Assembly (NCBI GenBank): GCA_919902505.1 | Contig: CAKKRE010000028.1 | Location: forward strand, 10,530 to 74,529 | Reading direction: 5' to 3' | Length of the DNA stretch: 64,000 nucleotides | DNA from: Nitrospiraceae bacterium | Lineage (GTDB): Bacteria; Nitrospirota; Nitrospiria; Nitrospirales; Nitrospiraceae | Shown: positions 9,641-18,806 of the stretch, piece after piece | Layout of the letters: each line of letters opens with the position of its first letter | Numbering within the stretch: position 1 is the stretch's first letter | Translations under genes and position numbers: made by a program | Notes under the pieces: generated by a model | Seen by the model: only the letters and a program-made list of their open reading frames with translations | Told to the model about the DNA's origin: nothing | Databases searched by the model: none

Positions 9641-10477
9641 ATGCCTCTTGAAGACGAACTCAGCGACATTTTGAAGAAGGCTCGCATGGGGCAGCAGCGC
9701 TTGGTGGCCGATGTGGCGCGTGTGAGTGGCTTGTCTGAAGTCGAAGTGAGTGAGCTAGAGCGGGGGCAATCGCCACGGAGTCGCGAACAGGTCCAGGCTG
9801 TTGCCAAGGCGCTTGGGCTGAGGGCGGAACCGCTGGCGCAGGTGGTGGATGGTTGGACCCCTGAGGCGTTCCCTTCGTCTCTGCCACATGTGGAGACCGT
9901 GTTTGGGTCGATCGGCGGGTATGAGGTCAAGGGCTATGTCGTACATGATCGAGGAGAAGCCGTCGTCATCGATACGGCCTACAACGCAAGCGGGCTGCTG
10001 GCGGTTCTCGTCGGGCGGAATCTGCGCCTGCGGGCGATTTGTCTGACGCATGGTCACTCCGATCATGCCGAGGGAATTGAGGCGATCCTGAAGGCCCACC
10101 CGGTGCCGGTCTATCTTGGTCCTGACGATTTGGATCTCCTCGGTTGGTGCCCGCCACAGGAGCTGTTACACGTGCCGCAGCGTGGCGAGACGCTGCAAGT
10201 CGGCGGGCTGACCCTGCGTTTTATGCCCACACCGGGCCATACGCCGGGTGGAATCTGTTATCGCATTGAGCAGGCCGGTGCTCCGATCTGTTTTGTGGGT
10301 GATACGCTGTTTGCCGGCTCCATCGGTCGCTCCAATCCAGCCGGGCTCTACCAGACTCATCTGCAATCGGTTCGCGAGCGGGTGCTCACGCTTGCTCCTG
10401 ACACATTGCTGTTTCCCGGGCATGGACCGGCCACGACAGTTCGTGAAGAATTGCTCCACAATCCGTTCTACTCCTAG
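9641..10477 (+). CDS. XRE-type HTH fused to a metallo-beta-lactamase-fold hydrolase (glyoxalase II-like)
   Basis: N-terminal HTH (LKKARMGQQRLVADVARVSGLSEVEVSELERG); THGHSDH, TPGHTPG, GDTLF and PGHG motifs. Confidence 0.9.
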   Translation: MPLEDELSDILKKARMGQQRLVADVARVSGLSEVEVSELERGQSPRSREQVQAVAKALGLRAEPLAQVVDGWTPEAFPSSLPHVETVFGSIGGYEVKGYVVHDRGEAVVIDTAYNASGLLAVLVGRNLRLRAICLTHGHSDHAEGIEAILKAHPVPVYLGPDDLDLLGWCPPQELLHVPQRGETLQVGGLTLRFMPTPGHTPGGICYRIEQAGAPICFVGDTLFAGSIGRSNPAGLYQTHLQSVRERVLTLAPDTLLFPGHGPATTVREELLHNPFYS

Positions 10478-10492
10478 GGCTGGAGGCCTGGC

Positions 10493-11449
10493 ATGAACCG
10501 TGACGACTCGGAGCAGCCGCGGCCTCCTGACGAACCGATTCCCCTCTCGTCCGAGGAGAACGACGAGGACGAGTGGGAGGAGGAACGTCCGCGGTTCTCT
10601 GCATGGATGCTTCCGGCGCTCTTGTTCCTGCTCACCGTGTTTACCGTCCTCTGGGCCGGGGCCTACCAAACCAACACGAATCCACTCGTCGGCCCGTGGA
10701 ACTTTCTCGTCGATGACCCCGGCTCGTTGTGGCGGGGTGTTCCGTTTGCCGCCACTCTGCTGGGCATCCTGGTGACGCATGAGCTCGGTCACTATGTGTT
10801 GTCGCGCATTCATGGCGTGCCGACATCGTTGCCGCTCTTCGTGCCGGGGTTGCCGCATTTCGTCGGCACGTTCGGCGCCATCATCCGCATGCGGGCGCCG
10901 TTGACAGATCGCCGGGCCCTGTTCGATATCGGCGTAGCGGGGCCGATTGCCGGGTTTGTGGTGGCGGTGATCGCGCTGGTGATCGGCCTCCGGCTTTCGA
11001 CGGTGGTGCCGATTCAAACCAGTTATGGCATGCATCTCGGCGAGCCGCTCCTCCTTCAGTTCGCATCGTGGGTGGTGATCGGTCCGCTTTCTCCCACCGC
11101 AGATGTGATACTTCATCCGATTGGGTTTGCCGCCTGGTTCGGGCTCTTCATCACGTCGCTCAACCTGCTTCCGCTCGGTCAGCTCGACGGGGGCCACGTC
11201 GCCTATGCGTTATTGGGAGAGCGGCAACGCAGCGTGGCGGTCGCCCTCGTGCCGATCCTCATGGTCTTCGGCTGGTTGGGCTGGAAGGGTTGGTTCTTGT
11301 GGGTGGGGCTTGCCGGCATGATGGGACTGGCCCATCCACCGGTGCAGAATCCCCATCGTGAACTAGGGGGAATCCGTGTGCTGGTGGGTTGGATTGCTCT
11401 GGCGATCTTTGTCCTGACTTTCTCCTGGGAGCCGTTTATTTTGCGGTAG
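10493..11449 (+). CDS. Site-2 protease (peptidase M50)
   Basis: HELGH in a transmembrane context, GVAGP, NLLPLGQLDGG; acidic N-terminal tail. Confidence 0.93.
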   Translation: MNRDDSEQPRPPDEPIPLSSEENDEDEWEEERPRFSAWMLPALLFLLTVFTVLWAGAYQTNTNPLVGPWNFLVDDPGSLWRGVPFAATLLGILVTHELGHYVLSRIHGVPTSLPLFVPGLPHFVGTFGAIIRMRAPLTDRRALFDIGVAGPIAGFVVAVIALVIGLRLSTVVPIQTSYGMHLGEPLLLQFASWVVIGPLSPTADVILHPIGFAAWFGLFITSLNLLPLGQLDGGHVAYALLGERQRSVAVALVPILMVFGWLGWKGWFLWVGLAGMMGLAHPPVQNPHRELGGIRVLVGWIALAIFVLTFSWEPFILR

Positions 11450-11452
11450 CCG

Positions 11453-12199
11453 ATGCAGTGCCAAAAATGCGGATGGGAACAGGGCGACGAACAGGTTGAG
11501 TGTGCTCGATGCGGAGTGATTTTCGCGAAGCTCGTCAAAGCGTCACGGCCCGGTTCAATCGCTAGGCCGCGTCCACTGGTTCAGGACTCGGCCTGGTTCA
11601 GACTCGCCGGGGACTGGCTGCTCACGACGGAGGAGTCCGTCAATCCGTTCCACTTCGCCGGGCGGGTGCTGGTGTTTTTCGTGCTCGTCCTGTGGGGCTG
11701 GCGCTTCATGACCACGCCGCTCGACACGAACTATACGGGCGAATCGTTTTTGCATTTGGTCAATCTGCCGTTCCATGAAGCGGGTCATCTGCTCTTCATG
11801 CCCTTCGGGCGATTCATGACGATCCTCGGTGGCAGTCTCGGACAGATCCTCATGCCGCTGGTGTGCCTGGGCACCTTTCTCCTCAAGACCCGCGATCCGT
11901 TCGGTGGATCAGTCGCCCTGTGGTGGACGGCCGAGAACTTCATGGACGTCGCGCCCTACATCAACGATGCCCGCGCGATGGATCTCCTGCTGCTCGGTGG
12001 GTTCACCGGCAAGGAAGTCGATGCGCACGACTGGAACAATCTCCTCACCATGCTCGGCTGGTTGCAGTATGACCATGGTCTGGCGAAGCTGTCGTACGGC
12101 ATCGGGACGGTGTCGATGCTGCTTGCGCTCGCCTGGGGCGCGATACTCCTGCATCGACAATACCGGCTAGCCACTCGCGTCCTCCCGCGCCCTCCTTGA
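11453..12199 (+). CDS. Zinc-ribbon membrane protein with an HExxH motif (M50B-like)
   Basis: CQKC..CARC at the N-terminus; FHEAGH in a hydrophobic helix; several TM segments. Confidence 0.75.
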   Translation: MQCQKCGWEQGDEQVECARCGVIFAKLVKASRPGSIARPRPLVQDSAWFRLAGDWLLTTEESVNPFHFAGRVLVFFVLVLWGWRFMTTPLDTNYTGESFLHLVNLPFHEAGHLLFMPFGRFMTILGGSLGQILMPLVCLGTFLLKTRDPFGGSVALWWTAENFMDVAPYINDARAMDLLLLGGFTGKEVDAHDWNNLLTMLGWLQYDHGLAKLSYGIGTVSMLLALAWGAILLHRQYRLATRVLPRPP

Positions 12200-12232
12200 A
12201 AAGATCCGGCACATCGGGCAGACTGCCGGACT

Positions 12233-12715
12233 ATGCGTACCTTGGCGTCGCTCTGCCGCATCGCTGCAGTTCCGATCTTGCTTGGCGTCGGTCTCATGGC
12301 GGGTCAGGTCCATGCCGACGAGGGCGCGTCGCGGTTCGTCTTGATGCTGGACGGCGAAGCGGTGAAAGATTCGGCGAGTGGGCTGGTGTGGGAGCGCGAA
12401 CCGGATTACCTGTTTGACGTATGGGATCGCTCAGTCGCCCGATGCGCCACGAAAACCGTCGGCGGGCAGCAGGGCTGGCGCGCCCCGAGCATCGACGAAA
12501 TCAAAACGCTGGTCGATCCCGAGCAGCAAGATCCTTCGTTGCCCGCGGGGCACCCATTTCGCAATATCCGCTCCGGCATCTACTGGACGGCCACAGCCCA
12601 TCCCAAGGATGACATCGTGGCCTGGCAACAAAGTTTCTTCTCCGGACAGGCTGTGACCGATCAGAAATCCGGCATGCGTCGTCTCTGGTGTGTGCTGGGT
12701 GACGCGCGCAAGTAA
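12233..12715 (+). CDS. Exported DUF1566 (Lcl C-terminal) domain protein
   Basis: Signal peptide; VKDSASGLVWE, GWRAPSIDEIKTL, YWTAT and RLWCV pattern. Confidence 0.85.
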   Translation: MRTLASLCRIAAVPILLGVGLMAGQVHADEGASRFVLMLDGEAVKDSASGLVWEREPDYLFDVWDRSVARCATKTVGGQQGWRAPSIDEIKTLVDPEQQDPSLPAGHPFRNIRSGIYWTATAHPKDDIVAWQQSFFSGQAVTDQKSGMRRLWCVLGDARK

Positions 12716-13052
12716 CCGGTCCGATATCGCCGAGGGCCACTTCCCCTGCCCTCGCGCGATCCACTTTGCCTGAAAAGTTCTCCATTCTTGGATCCAGGAG
12801 ATACTGTTCGGCTGCACGTACTTATTTCCCCGCCTGGGAAAGGTGGTCGCTGTTATCCCGAATTACGGATTCGTGTCGCCGGAACGATTGCTGACTTGCG
12901 TGTTCCGGAATCATCCTCGATCCGCACGTGCGACCACCTCGGCGGGTGCATAGGGCGGCCCCTTCCGGCCCAAAATATCGAAACCGGTGTCGTACGTTGG
13001 TTGTGAAGTGAGGTGGTTCACGGTCGGGATGCCAATCCTGATATCCGTTCGT

Positions 13053-13067
13053 GTGCAATTTTTGCAG
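13053..13067. promoter_or_regulatory. Candidate enhancer-binding-protein site TGCA-N5-TGCA
   Basis: gTGCAattttTGCAg, about 120 bp upstream of the -24 element at 13175; same motif as 18637 and 18681. Confidence 0.55.
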
Positions 13068-13173
13068 CACGATATCCTGGATCTCCGCAGGATCAGTGCG
13101 ACGGCGATGCAATCGAGCCATCTTAACTGTCCAATTGCTTATAGATCCAATAGATTTCCTAACCTGGACAGTA

Positions 13174-13189
13174 AGGCATACGAGTTGCT
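13174..13189 (+). promoter_or_regulatory. Sigma-54 (-24/-12) promoter candidate
   Basis: AGGCATACGAGTTGCT: GG-N10-GC with GGCA and TTGCT; 65 bp upstream of the ORF at 13254. Confidence 0.65.
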
Positions 13190-13253
13190 TAGGTCAGCAG
13201 CGGAATAGTCGCATCCTTTAAATATGAGCGGATCGGAATAGGAATGTGAAGTT

Positions 13254-13442
13254 ATGGAACCGACGGATCATCCTTGTGAGCGGTGTGCTCGAACCGACGG
13301 GCGGCTCATTTTCGACCAGTGGAGCAAACTGCTGCTCTGCGAAAATTGCTTCGAGCGCATGAGGCGGCAGCAGGCATGGTCTCTTCTGCGTGAGGCTGAG
13401 ATGCCTGAGGGGACAAGCTGGGTCATCCCCAGGCATGAATGA
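13254..13442 (+). CDS. Small Cys4 zinc-finger protein (copy 1)
   Basis: CERC-x17-CENC; paralog immediately downstream. Confidence 0.65.
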   Translation: MEPTDHPCERCARTDGRLIFDQWSKLLLCENCFERMRRQQAWSLLREAEMPEGTSWVIPRHE

Positions 13443-13454
13443 ACTAAGGAGGGA

Positions 13455-13649
13455 ATGAAAGTGGAGGAGTCTTCTGTGATCTCGAAAGATCGACAATCCG
13501 CCGCGATCATGCATTGCGAGCGCTGTGCCAGGCGCTCTGTCCAACTATGCTTCGACGACACCAGCCGGCAAGAGAGCTGCTCCGAATGCCTGAATCGTTT
13601 GACCACGCGAAGAGGATTTATCACCAGGCCGGCGAAGCCAAGGCAGTAA
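13455..13649 (+). CDS. Small Cys4 zinc-finger protein (copy 2)
   Basis: CERC-x17-CSEC; AAGGAGG RBS before the ATG; shares CERCAR and LxFD with copy 1. Confidence 0.65.
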   Translation: MKVEESSVISKDRQSAAIMHCERCARRSVQLCFDDTSRQESCSECLNRLTTRRGFITRPAKPRQ

Positions 13650-13756
13650 GGATCCCCCATGGCTCGCTCCTCTCTCCTGCTCGCGACGGGGCTGTCCCTC
13701 ATCACGCCGGACCTGTGCGGCGCGATCCGGGACGGCGTGCTCCCTGAGAGACTCTT

Positions 13757-15436
13757 ATGCCCGGTCGCTATTTAGAACTGAAGCCGGTTCGCAGCACCCT
13801 GTGGGGGGAGGTTTCCCGGCTTGCGCTGGTGATCGGCCTCGAACAGCGCGTCCTCATGCTTATCGTCTCCTACGCCTTGGCCATCGCTCTCTTCTCCCTG
13901 GTCGTTCCCCTGACCGTGCAGGAACTCGTCAGCACCTTTGCCTTTTCGATCGAGCCGGTCATGATTGTCACCCTCACGCTGATCATTCTGATCGGACTCC
14001 TCTTCATCGGTTTCTTCCGGGTCTTTCAGACGAGCGCGACGGAAATACTCTTTCAGCGGCTCTACACCCGTATTGCTATCGCCATGACGGAGCACCTGCC
14101 CCGGGTACGGGAAGAAGTGTTCGTGCCCAGCTACGCGAACTACTTTGGAGAAGCGGAATTATTGCCGCGCGCCGTGGTGGTCGTGCTGGTGGACCTGATC
14201 AATGTTTTCATCTCAGGTGCTACGGGGCTGGTGATTCTCGTCGTCTATCATCCGTATTTCCTTGTGTACGACGCCTTCCTGCTCGGTGGATTTGCGCTGG
14301 TGCAATTCACCTCCGGGCAAGGAGGGGTTCGAGCGACGCAGACGGTCTCACAACACCATTACGATCTCATGACCTGGATGCAGGATATCGCGCAGAATCG
14401 CCTTCATTTCAAGGCCACCCAGAGCGCCCCGTTACTGCTGAATAAAACCGACCGCTTGTTGGAGTCTTACCTTACGGCGCGAAGGGCTCGCTCAGGGGTA
14501 CTGACCTGGCGCCAGTACATCAGCACGGTGATCTGGGAGGCGATTTGCCATAGCGGCATGATCGGCATGGGCGGATGGCTGCTGTCGATCGGGCAGATCA
14601 CGCTCGGTCAGTTCGTCGCGGCCGAAGTCATCGTCGGCACGCTCCTTCTGAACCTCGATACGGTGACGCGTCGAATCTATGCCGTGACCTATATCGTGAC
14701 GTCTTTCGATGAGCTGACGCGGGTCTTCTCTCTTCCGAAAGATGATCTGAGGGAGGAGGCGTCATTCTCGCGGTTGCCCGATCCCGCCATCCACGGTCTT
14801 CATGTGACCTGCAAAGATGCGGGCTTTGCCTATCCCAACTCCCCACCGATCATTGAGGGATTCAATTTGGAGGTGGCTTCCGGGGAAAAGGTGGCGGTCA
14901 TTTCTCAAACCAGCACGGGCAAATCCACCCTCGCTCTCTTGCTGGCCGGTCTCTCTCGCCCGACCACCGGGGTGGTTCGATTCAACGATGTGGATTTGCG
15001 CGATATGACCATGGACGATATCAATGCCGCTCGAGCGCTGGTTCTCGATTCGCATCTGACGTTGTTCGGAGGGACGCTGGAGGAAAATATCTCACTCGGA
15101 CGGCCGTCGGTCCGGTTCGAAGACCTCCGCTGGGCGCTGAGGTTCGCGGAATTAGATGAGGACGCCGATAGATTGCCGCAGGGCCTGGAAACTCCGACTC
15201 TGGCAGGGGGGAAGCTCTTCACGAAGAGTCAGATTCTTCGCATTCTGGTCGCCCGCGCGATCGTCACGAGGCCGCAATTGCTCATCTTCGACGGGACGCT
15301 CCATAACATGGCGCCGGATCTGAGGCAGATTCTGCTGCGGCGACTCTGTTCAAAAGAGGAAGCGTGGTCGGTGATCTTCGTCACCAATGACCCTTCCATC
15401 GGAGAATATGTCGATCGCCGTGTCATGCTGGGGTGA
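13757..15436 (+). CDS. ABC exporter-type half transporter (TMD+NBD) with degenerate ATPase motifs
   Basis: Multi-TM N-terminal half with GQITLGQFVAAE; Walker A SQTSTGKST, signature FTKSQ, Walker B LLIFDG. Confidence 0.85.
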   Translation: MPGRYLELKPVRSTLWGEVSRLALVIGLEQRVLMLIVSYALAIALFSLVVPLTVQELVSTFAFSIEPVMIVTLTLIILIGLLFIGFFRVFQTSATEILFQRLYTRIAIAMTEHLPRVREEVFVPSYANYFGEAELLPRAVVVVLVDLINVFISGATGLVILVVYHPYFLVYDAFLLGGFALVQFTSGQGGVRATQTVSQHHYDLMTWMQDIAQNRLHFKATQSAPLLLNKTDRLLESYLTARRARSGVLTWRQYISTVIWEAICHSGMIGMGGWLLSIGQITLGQFVAAEVIVGTLLLNLDTVTRRIYAVTYIVTSFDELTRVFSLPKDDLREEASFSRLPDPAIHGLHVTCKDAGFAYPNSPPIIEGFNLEVASGEKVAVISQTSTGKSTLALLLAGLSRPTTGVVRFNDVDLRDMTMDDINAARALVLDSHLTLFGGTLEENISLGRPSVRFEDLRWALRFAELDEDADRLPQGLETPTLAGGKLFTKSQILRILVARAIVTRPQLLIFDGTLHNMAPDLRQILLRRLCSKEEAWSVIFVTNDPSIGEYVDRRVMLG

Positions 15437-15545
15437 GTGTAGGCGGGCGTTGGATGTGTCCCGGCACACAGAGCGTTCGGCTATACAGCCTCAGTCCTGC
15501 GTGGTAGCATGAAACCCTGCTCGAATCTTCCTGTAGGACGCAGGT

Positions 15546-16943
15546 ATGTTTAGACCTATTTCTGAAGCCGCTCTCCTCCGAAGGGCTCCCTATCGGTTGA
15601 TCGCGGCGGTGCTGTTGATTTTGGCCTTGGTCGTTTCCGTCATCCTGCTCTTCAGTTTGGAACAGGAGAAACTTCTCCTTCAGGGCGTTATTCAAGGCAA
15701 GACGGCTCCGACGGAGTTGTTTCCAGCGCTCTGGCAGTCGCGCCGCGACTTGACGCTGGTGGCGCTCCTCGTTTTTCTGGTGAGTGCGATCGGGATCACC
15801 GCGGTCATCACGTTTCTGCACTATGACAGCACCATACGAACCCTCGAAGAAGTGAAGGGGCTGGCGCGCAACATCCTCGAGAGCATTCCAACCGGTGTCC
15901 TGACGCTGAACCGCAGCGGCATGATTACGGCCGTCAATCCCTCGGCTGAGGCCGTGTTGAAACGTGCGTCGCTCGACTTGCTGGGCCACTCGTACGAATC
16001 CGTCTTTACGGAGGGCGATACCATCCGCGGGGCGCTTGATGCAGCGCTGCGGATCCATCGGCACATGAGTCAGAAAGACTTGCCCTATGAAAGCCGCGAT
16101 CGAACCCTGCACACCATCCGCGTCAGTACGGCCGAGTTGACCGGAGACGATGGACGGCCCGCCGGCGTCATTCTCCAGGCACAGGACGTCACGGAATGGC
16201 TGGCTCTTGAACGGAGAGTCCGGGTTGCGGAAAAACTGGCGGCTCTTCACACGCTATCCGCCGGGGTGGCGCACGAGTTGCGCAATCCGTTGAGCGCGAT
16301 CGATTTGAATTTGCATCTCCTTGAGGAAGAATTCAACGAGCAGGGGGGGGCGGCGAAGCAGGCCGCTCATTACCTCCGCGTGTTGAATGCCGAATGCCGC
16401 CGCCTGTCGGTGATTCTCGATAACTTCATGAAGTTCGCGCGACCCGGCTCCCTGGGTCTCCATGCGGTGGATTTGCCCGCCTTGATCGAACACATCGTGG
16501 CGCTCATGCGGTTCGAAGCGGAGGAGCGTAAGATTCAACTTGAGCCACGGGTGAGCAAGGACATGTCCCCGGTGCTGGGTGATGAGACGCAAATCAGCCA
16601 GGTCTTGGTGAACATCGTCGTCAACGCGTTCCATGCCATGCCGAATGGTGGGCGGTGCTGTATCGCTACGGAAGAACGCCCGGGGGAAGGGAAGCGCTGG
16701 GTAGAGATTGTCGTGAGCGACACGGGTATCGGTATTGAACAGGAAGACCTGCCGCGACTGTTTGAGCCCTTCTATACGACCAAGTCGGGTGGAACCGGGC
16801 TCGGCCTCGCGATCGCCTACCGGATTATGCAGGATCATGGCGGGACCATTCATGTGACAAGTGTGCCTGGAAACGGGACCCAGGTGGTCATGCAATTTCC
16901 TGTTGCTGTCGATCATCAGCAGGCGGTTGCGGTGGGATTATGA
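15546..16943 (+). CDS. Sensor histidine kinase (2 TM, PAS, HisKA, HATPase)
   Basis: H-box AHELRNPL, N-box NIVVNAFHAM, DTGIG, FEPFYTTK, GTGLGL; PAS starting at NILESIPTGV. Confidence 0.95.
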   Translation: MFRPISEAALLRRAPYRLIAAVLLILALVVSVILLFSLEQEKLLLQGVIQGKTAPTELFPALWQSRRDLTLVALLVFLVSAIGITAVITFLHYDSTIRTLEEVKGLARNILESIPTGVLTLNRSGMITAVNPSAEAVLKRASLDLLGHSYESVFTEGDTIRGALDAALRIHRHMSQKDLPYESRDRTLHTIRVSTAELTGDDGRPAGVILQAQDVTEWLALERRVRVAEKLAALHTLSAGVAHELRNPLSAIDLNLHLLEEEFNEQGGAAKQAAHYLRVLNAECRRLSVILDNFMKFARPGSLGLHAVDLPALIEHIVALMRFEAEERKIQLEPRVSKDMSPVLGDETQISQVLVNIVVNAFHAMPNGGRCCIATEERPGEGKRWVEIVVSDTGIGIEQEDLPRLFEPFYTTKSGGTGLGLAIAYRIMQDHGGTIHVTSVPGNGTQVVMQFPVAVDHQQAVAVGL

Positions 16944-18298
16944 CGCAAGGGGCGCATATTCTCGTCGTAGACGATGAGGTCAATATCCGGGGCGCGTTAG
17001 TGACGCTCCTTGAAAAGAAAGGCCACCATGTGCGCGGGGCAGGGACAGGAGAAGAAGCGCTGGAGGAGCTTGATGCCGCCGCGGCTGATCTGGTGATGAC
17101 CGACCTCAAGATGCCCGGGATCGGCGGAATGGAGTTCCTTCGTCGTCTGAAGGAGAAGTGGCCGGAGACGGAAGTCGTGGTCATGACGGCGTATGGATCG
17201 ATCGATACGGCAGTGGAGGCCATGCGATGCGGCGCGTACGACTATCTCACCAAACCCATCGATCGCGAGCGGTTTCCCATCGTGGTCGAGAAAGCGCTGG
17301 ATCGCCATGCGCTGGCGACGGAGAACAAACAGCTCAGGAGCCGCCTGGACACACGCACACGCTTCGATCAGATGGTCGGTGACAGCGAGCCGATGCGGCA
17401 CGTTTACAACATGGTTGAGATGGTGGCCGAGAGCGATGTCACGGTGTTACTGACGGGGGAAAGCGGTACCGGAAAGGAACTTGTCGCCCGGGCGATCCAT
17501 CATAGGAGTGCCCGGGCGAATGGACCGTTTGTCACGCTGAACTGCGGAGCGTTACCAGAGAACCTGTTTGAAAGTGAACTGTTCGGCTACGACAAAGGGG
17601 CGTTTACCGGAGCGATGACCACGAAGCTGGGGCGATTCGAACTCGCCCATGAGGGAACGCTGCTTCTGGATGAAGTCGGCGAACTATCGTTAAAATCGCA
17701 GGTGGATTTCCTTCGTGTCTTGGAGACGAAGGAATTCAGACGCCTGGGCGGAACCAAAGTGATCAAGGTTGATACCAGGATCATTGCCGCCACGAATCGC
17801 AATCTCGAAGCAGCCGTCAAGCAGGGTGACTTTCGCGAAGACCTCTACTATCGATTGAACGTCGTCCCGATCCACCTCCCGCCGCTGCGCGAGCGTGCGG
17901 AAGATATCCCGCTGCTCGTGAACCGGTTTCTGATCGCCTTCTCGACCCAGTATCGCCGCGAGCCAAAGGAGGTGTCACGCGACGCCATGCGGTTGCTCCG
18001 CCTCTATGCCTGGCCCGGGAATATTCGCCAGCTCCGAAATCTCATGGAGCGGCTGGTGGTGACCGTGAAGGATGCAACCATTCAATCGGAACACCTCCCC
18101 GGGGACATTCAGGCCAGCAAGGAGGATGCTCGCACGATGCTCGTGACGCTGGGGACGCCCCTGGAACAGATCGAACGGGATGTCATCCAACGGACATTGG
18201 CCGAAGTGACGAATCATCGAGAGAAAGCGGCCAAACTCCTCGGCATCAGCCTCCGTGCATTGCAGTATAAAATCAAGGAGTACGGCATCCGCGAATAA
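16940..18298 (+). CDS. Sigma-54-dependent response regulator (NtrC/AtoC family)
   Basis: REC domain (VVDDE, TDLKMP), GESGTGKE, ELFG..GAFTGA, C-terminal Fis-type HTH; 4-nt overlap with the kinase. Confidence 0.96.
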   Translation: MTQGAHILVVDDEVNIRGALVTLLEKKGHHVRGAGTGEEALEELDAAAADLVMTDLKMPGIGGMEFLRRLKEKWPETEVVVMTAYGSIDTAVEAMRCGAYDYLTKPIDRERFPIVVEKALDRHALATENKQLRSRLDTRTRFDQMVGDSEPMRHVYNMVEMVAESDVTVLLTGESGTGKELVARAIHHRSARANGPFVTLNCGALPENLFESELFGYDKGAFTGAMTTKLGRFELAHEGTLLLDEVGELSLKSQVDFLRVLETKEFRRLGGTKVIKVDTRIIAATNRNLEAAVKQGDFREDLYYRLNVVPIHLPPLRERAEDIPLLVNRFLIAFSTQYRREPKEVSRDAMRLLRLYAWPGNIRQLRNLMERLVVTVKDATIQSEHLPGDIQASKEDARTMLVTLGTPLEQIERDVIQRTLAEVTNHREKAAKLLGISLRALQYKIKEYGIRE

Positions 18299-18349
18299 CG
18301 TGTGCCTTGGCGCGACCATACAGCCAGAACCGAACGAGGTTCCATGCCG

Positions 18350-18545
18350 CTAGCCCGCATTATTCATGACGGTTCGTCACGAAATCGCTGAGGCGCGTCG
18401 CGAGACCGGCGCGCGGAGTCCGGAGGCCCCGACGCGTACTCGTGCAGTACGTGGAGGGTCCGATGGGCGAGCCCGCCGGCCGAAGGCTCGTCGCAGCAGC
18501 GGATCAGCGGTTGCAGTAGAAGCGCTCATGAATAATGCGGGCTAG
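18350..18545. mobile_element. MITE-like element with perfect 20-bp terminal inverted repeats
   Basis: ctagcccgcattattcatga (18350-18369) / tcatgaataatgcgggctag (18526-18545); CTAG at both ends; no transposase; inner hairpin cgtactcgtgcagtacg at 18435-18451. Confidence 0.8.
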
Positions 18546-18636
18546 ACGGTAGGCTCAGGCCGCCCACAGTGGGAGTCTGGACCGTGAAACGGCTCGCGCG
18601 CAGGATTGTCGGCCGGGTTTGATGTCACTTGTCCCT

Positions 18637-18695
18637 CTGCAAGAAATGCAGTCGTCGAATCGCTGAAAATCGGAATCTCGCTGCAGAATTTGCAG
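18637..18695. promoter_or_regulatory. Tandem palindromic enhancer sites CTGCA-N5-TGCAG
   Basis: ctgcaagaaatgcag (18637-18651) and ctgcagaatttgcag (18681-18695), 44 bp apart, about 110-155 bp upstream of the -24 element. Confidence 0.7.
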
Positions 18696-18790
18696 AGGCC
18701 TCTCCCCCACGTTTGTAGGAACACTCACGCCAATACTCTAAGTCCTCGATTTGTTGCGCATCGCGCGCATCGATCTCCTGACTTACTTTT

Positions 18791-18806
18791 TGGCATTCCC
18801 CCTGCA
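18791..18806 (+). promoter_or_regulatory. Sigma-54 (-24/-12) promoter
   Basis: TGGCATTCCCCCTGCA: GG-N10-GC; downstream of a sigma-54 activator gene and of the tandem palindromes. Confidence 0.7.

Noticed and set aside
12788-13121. Short ORFs on both strands (12788-13006 +, 12822-13121 -)
   Set aside because: No motif or RBS, and they overlap the putative enhancer region
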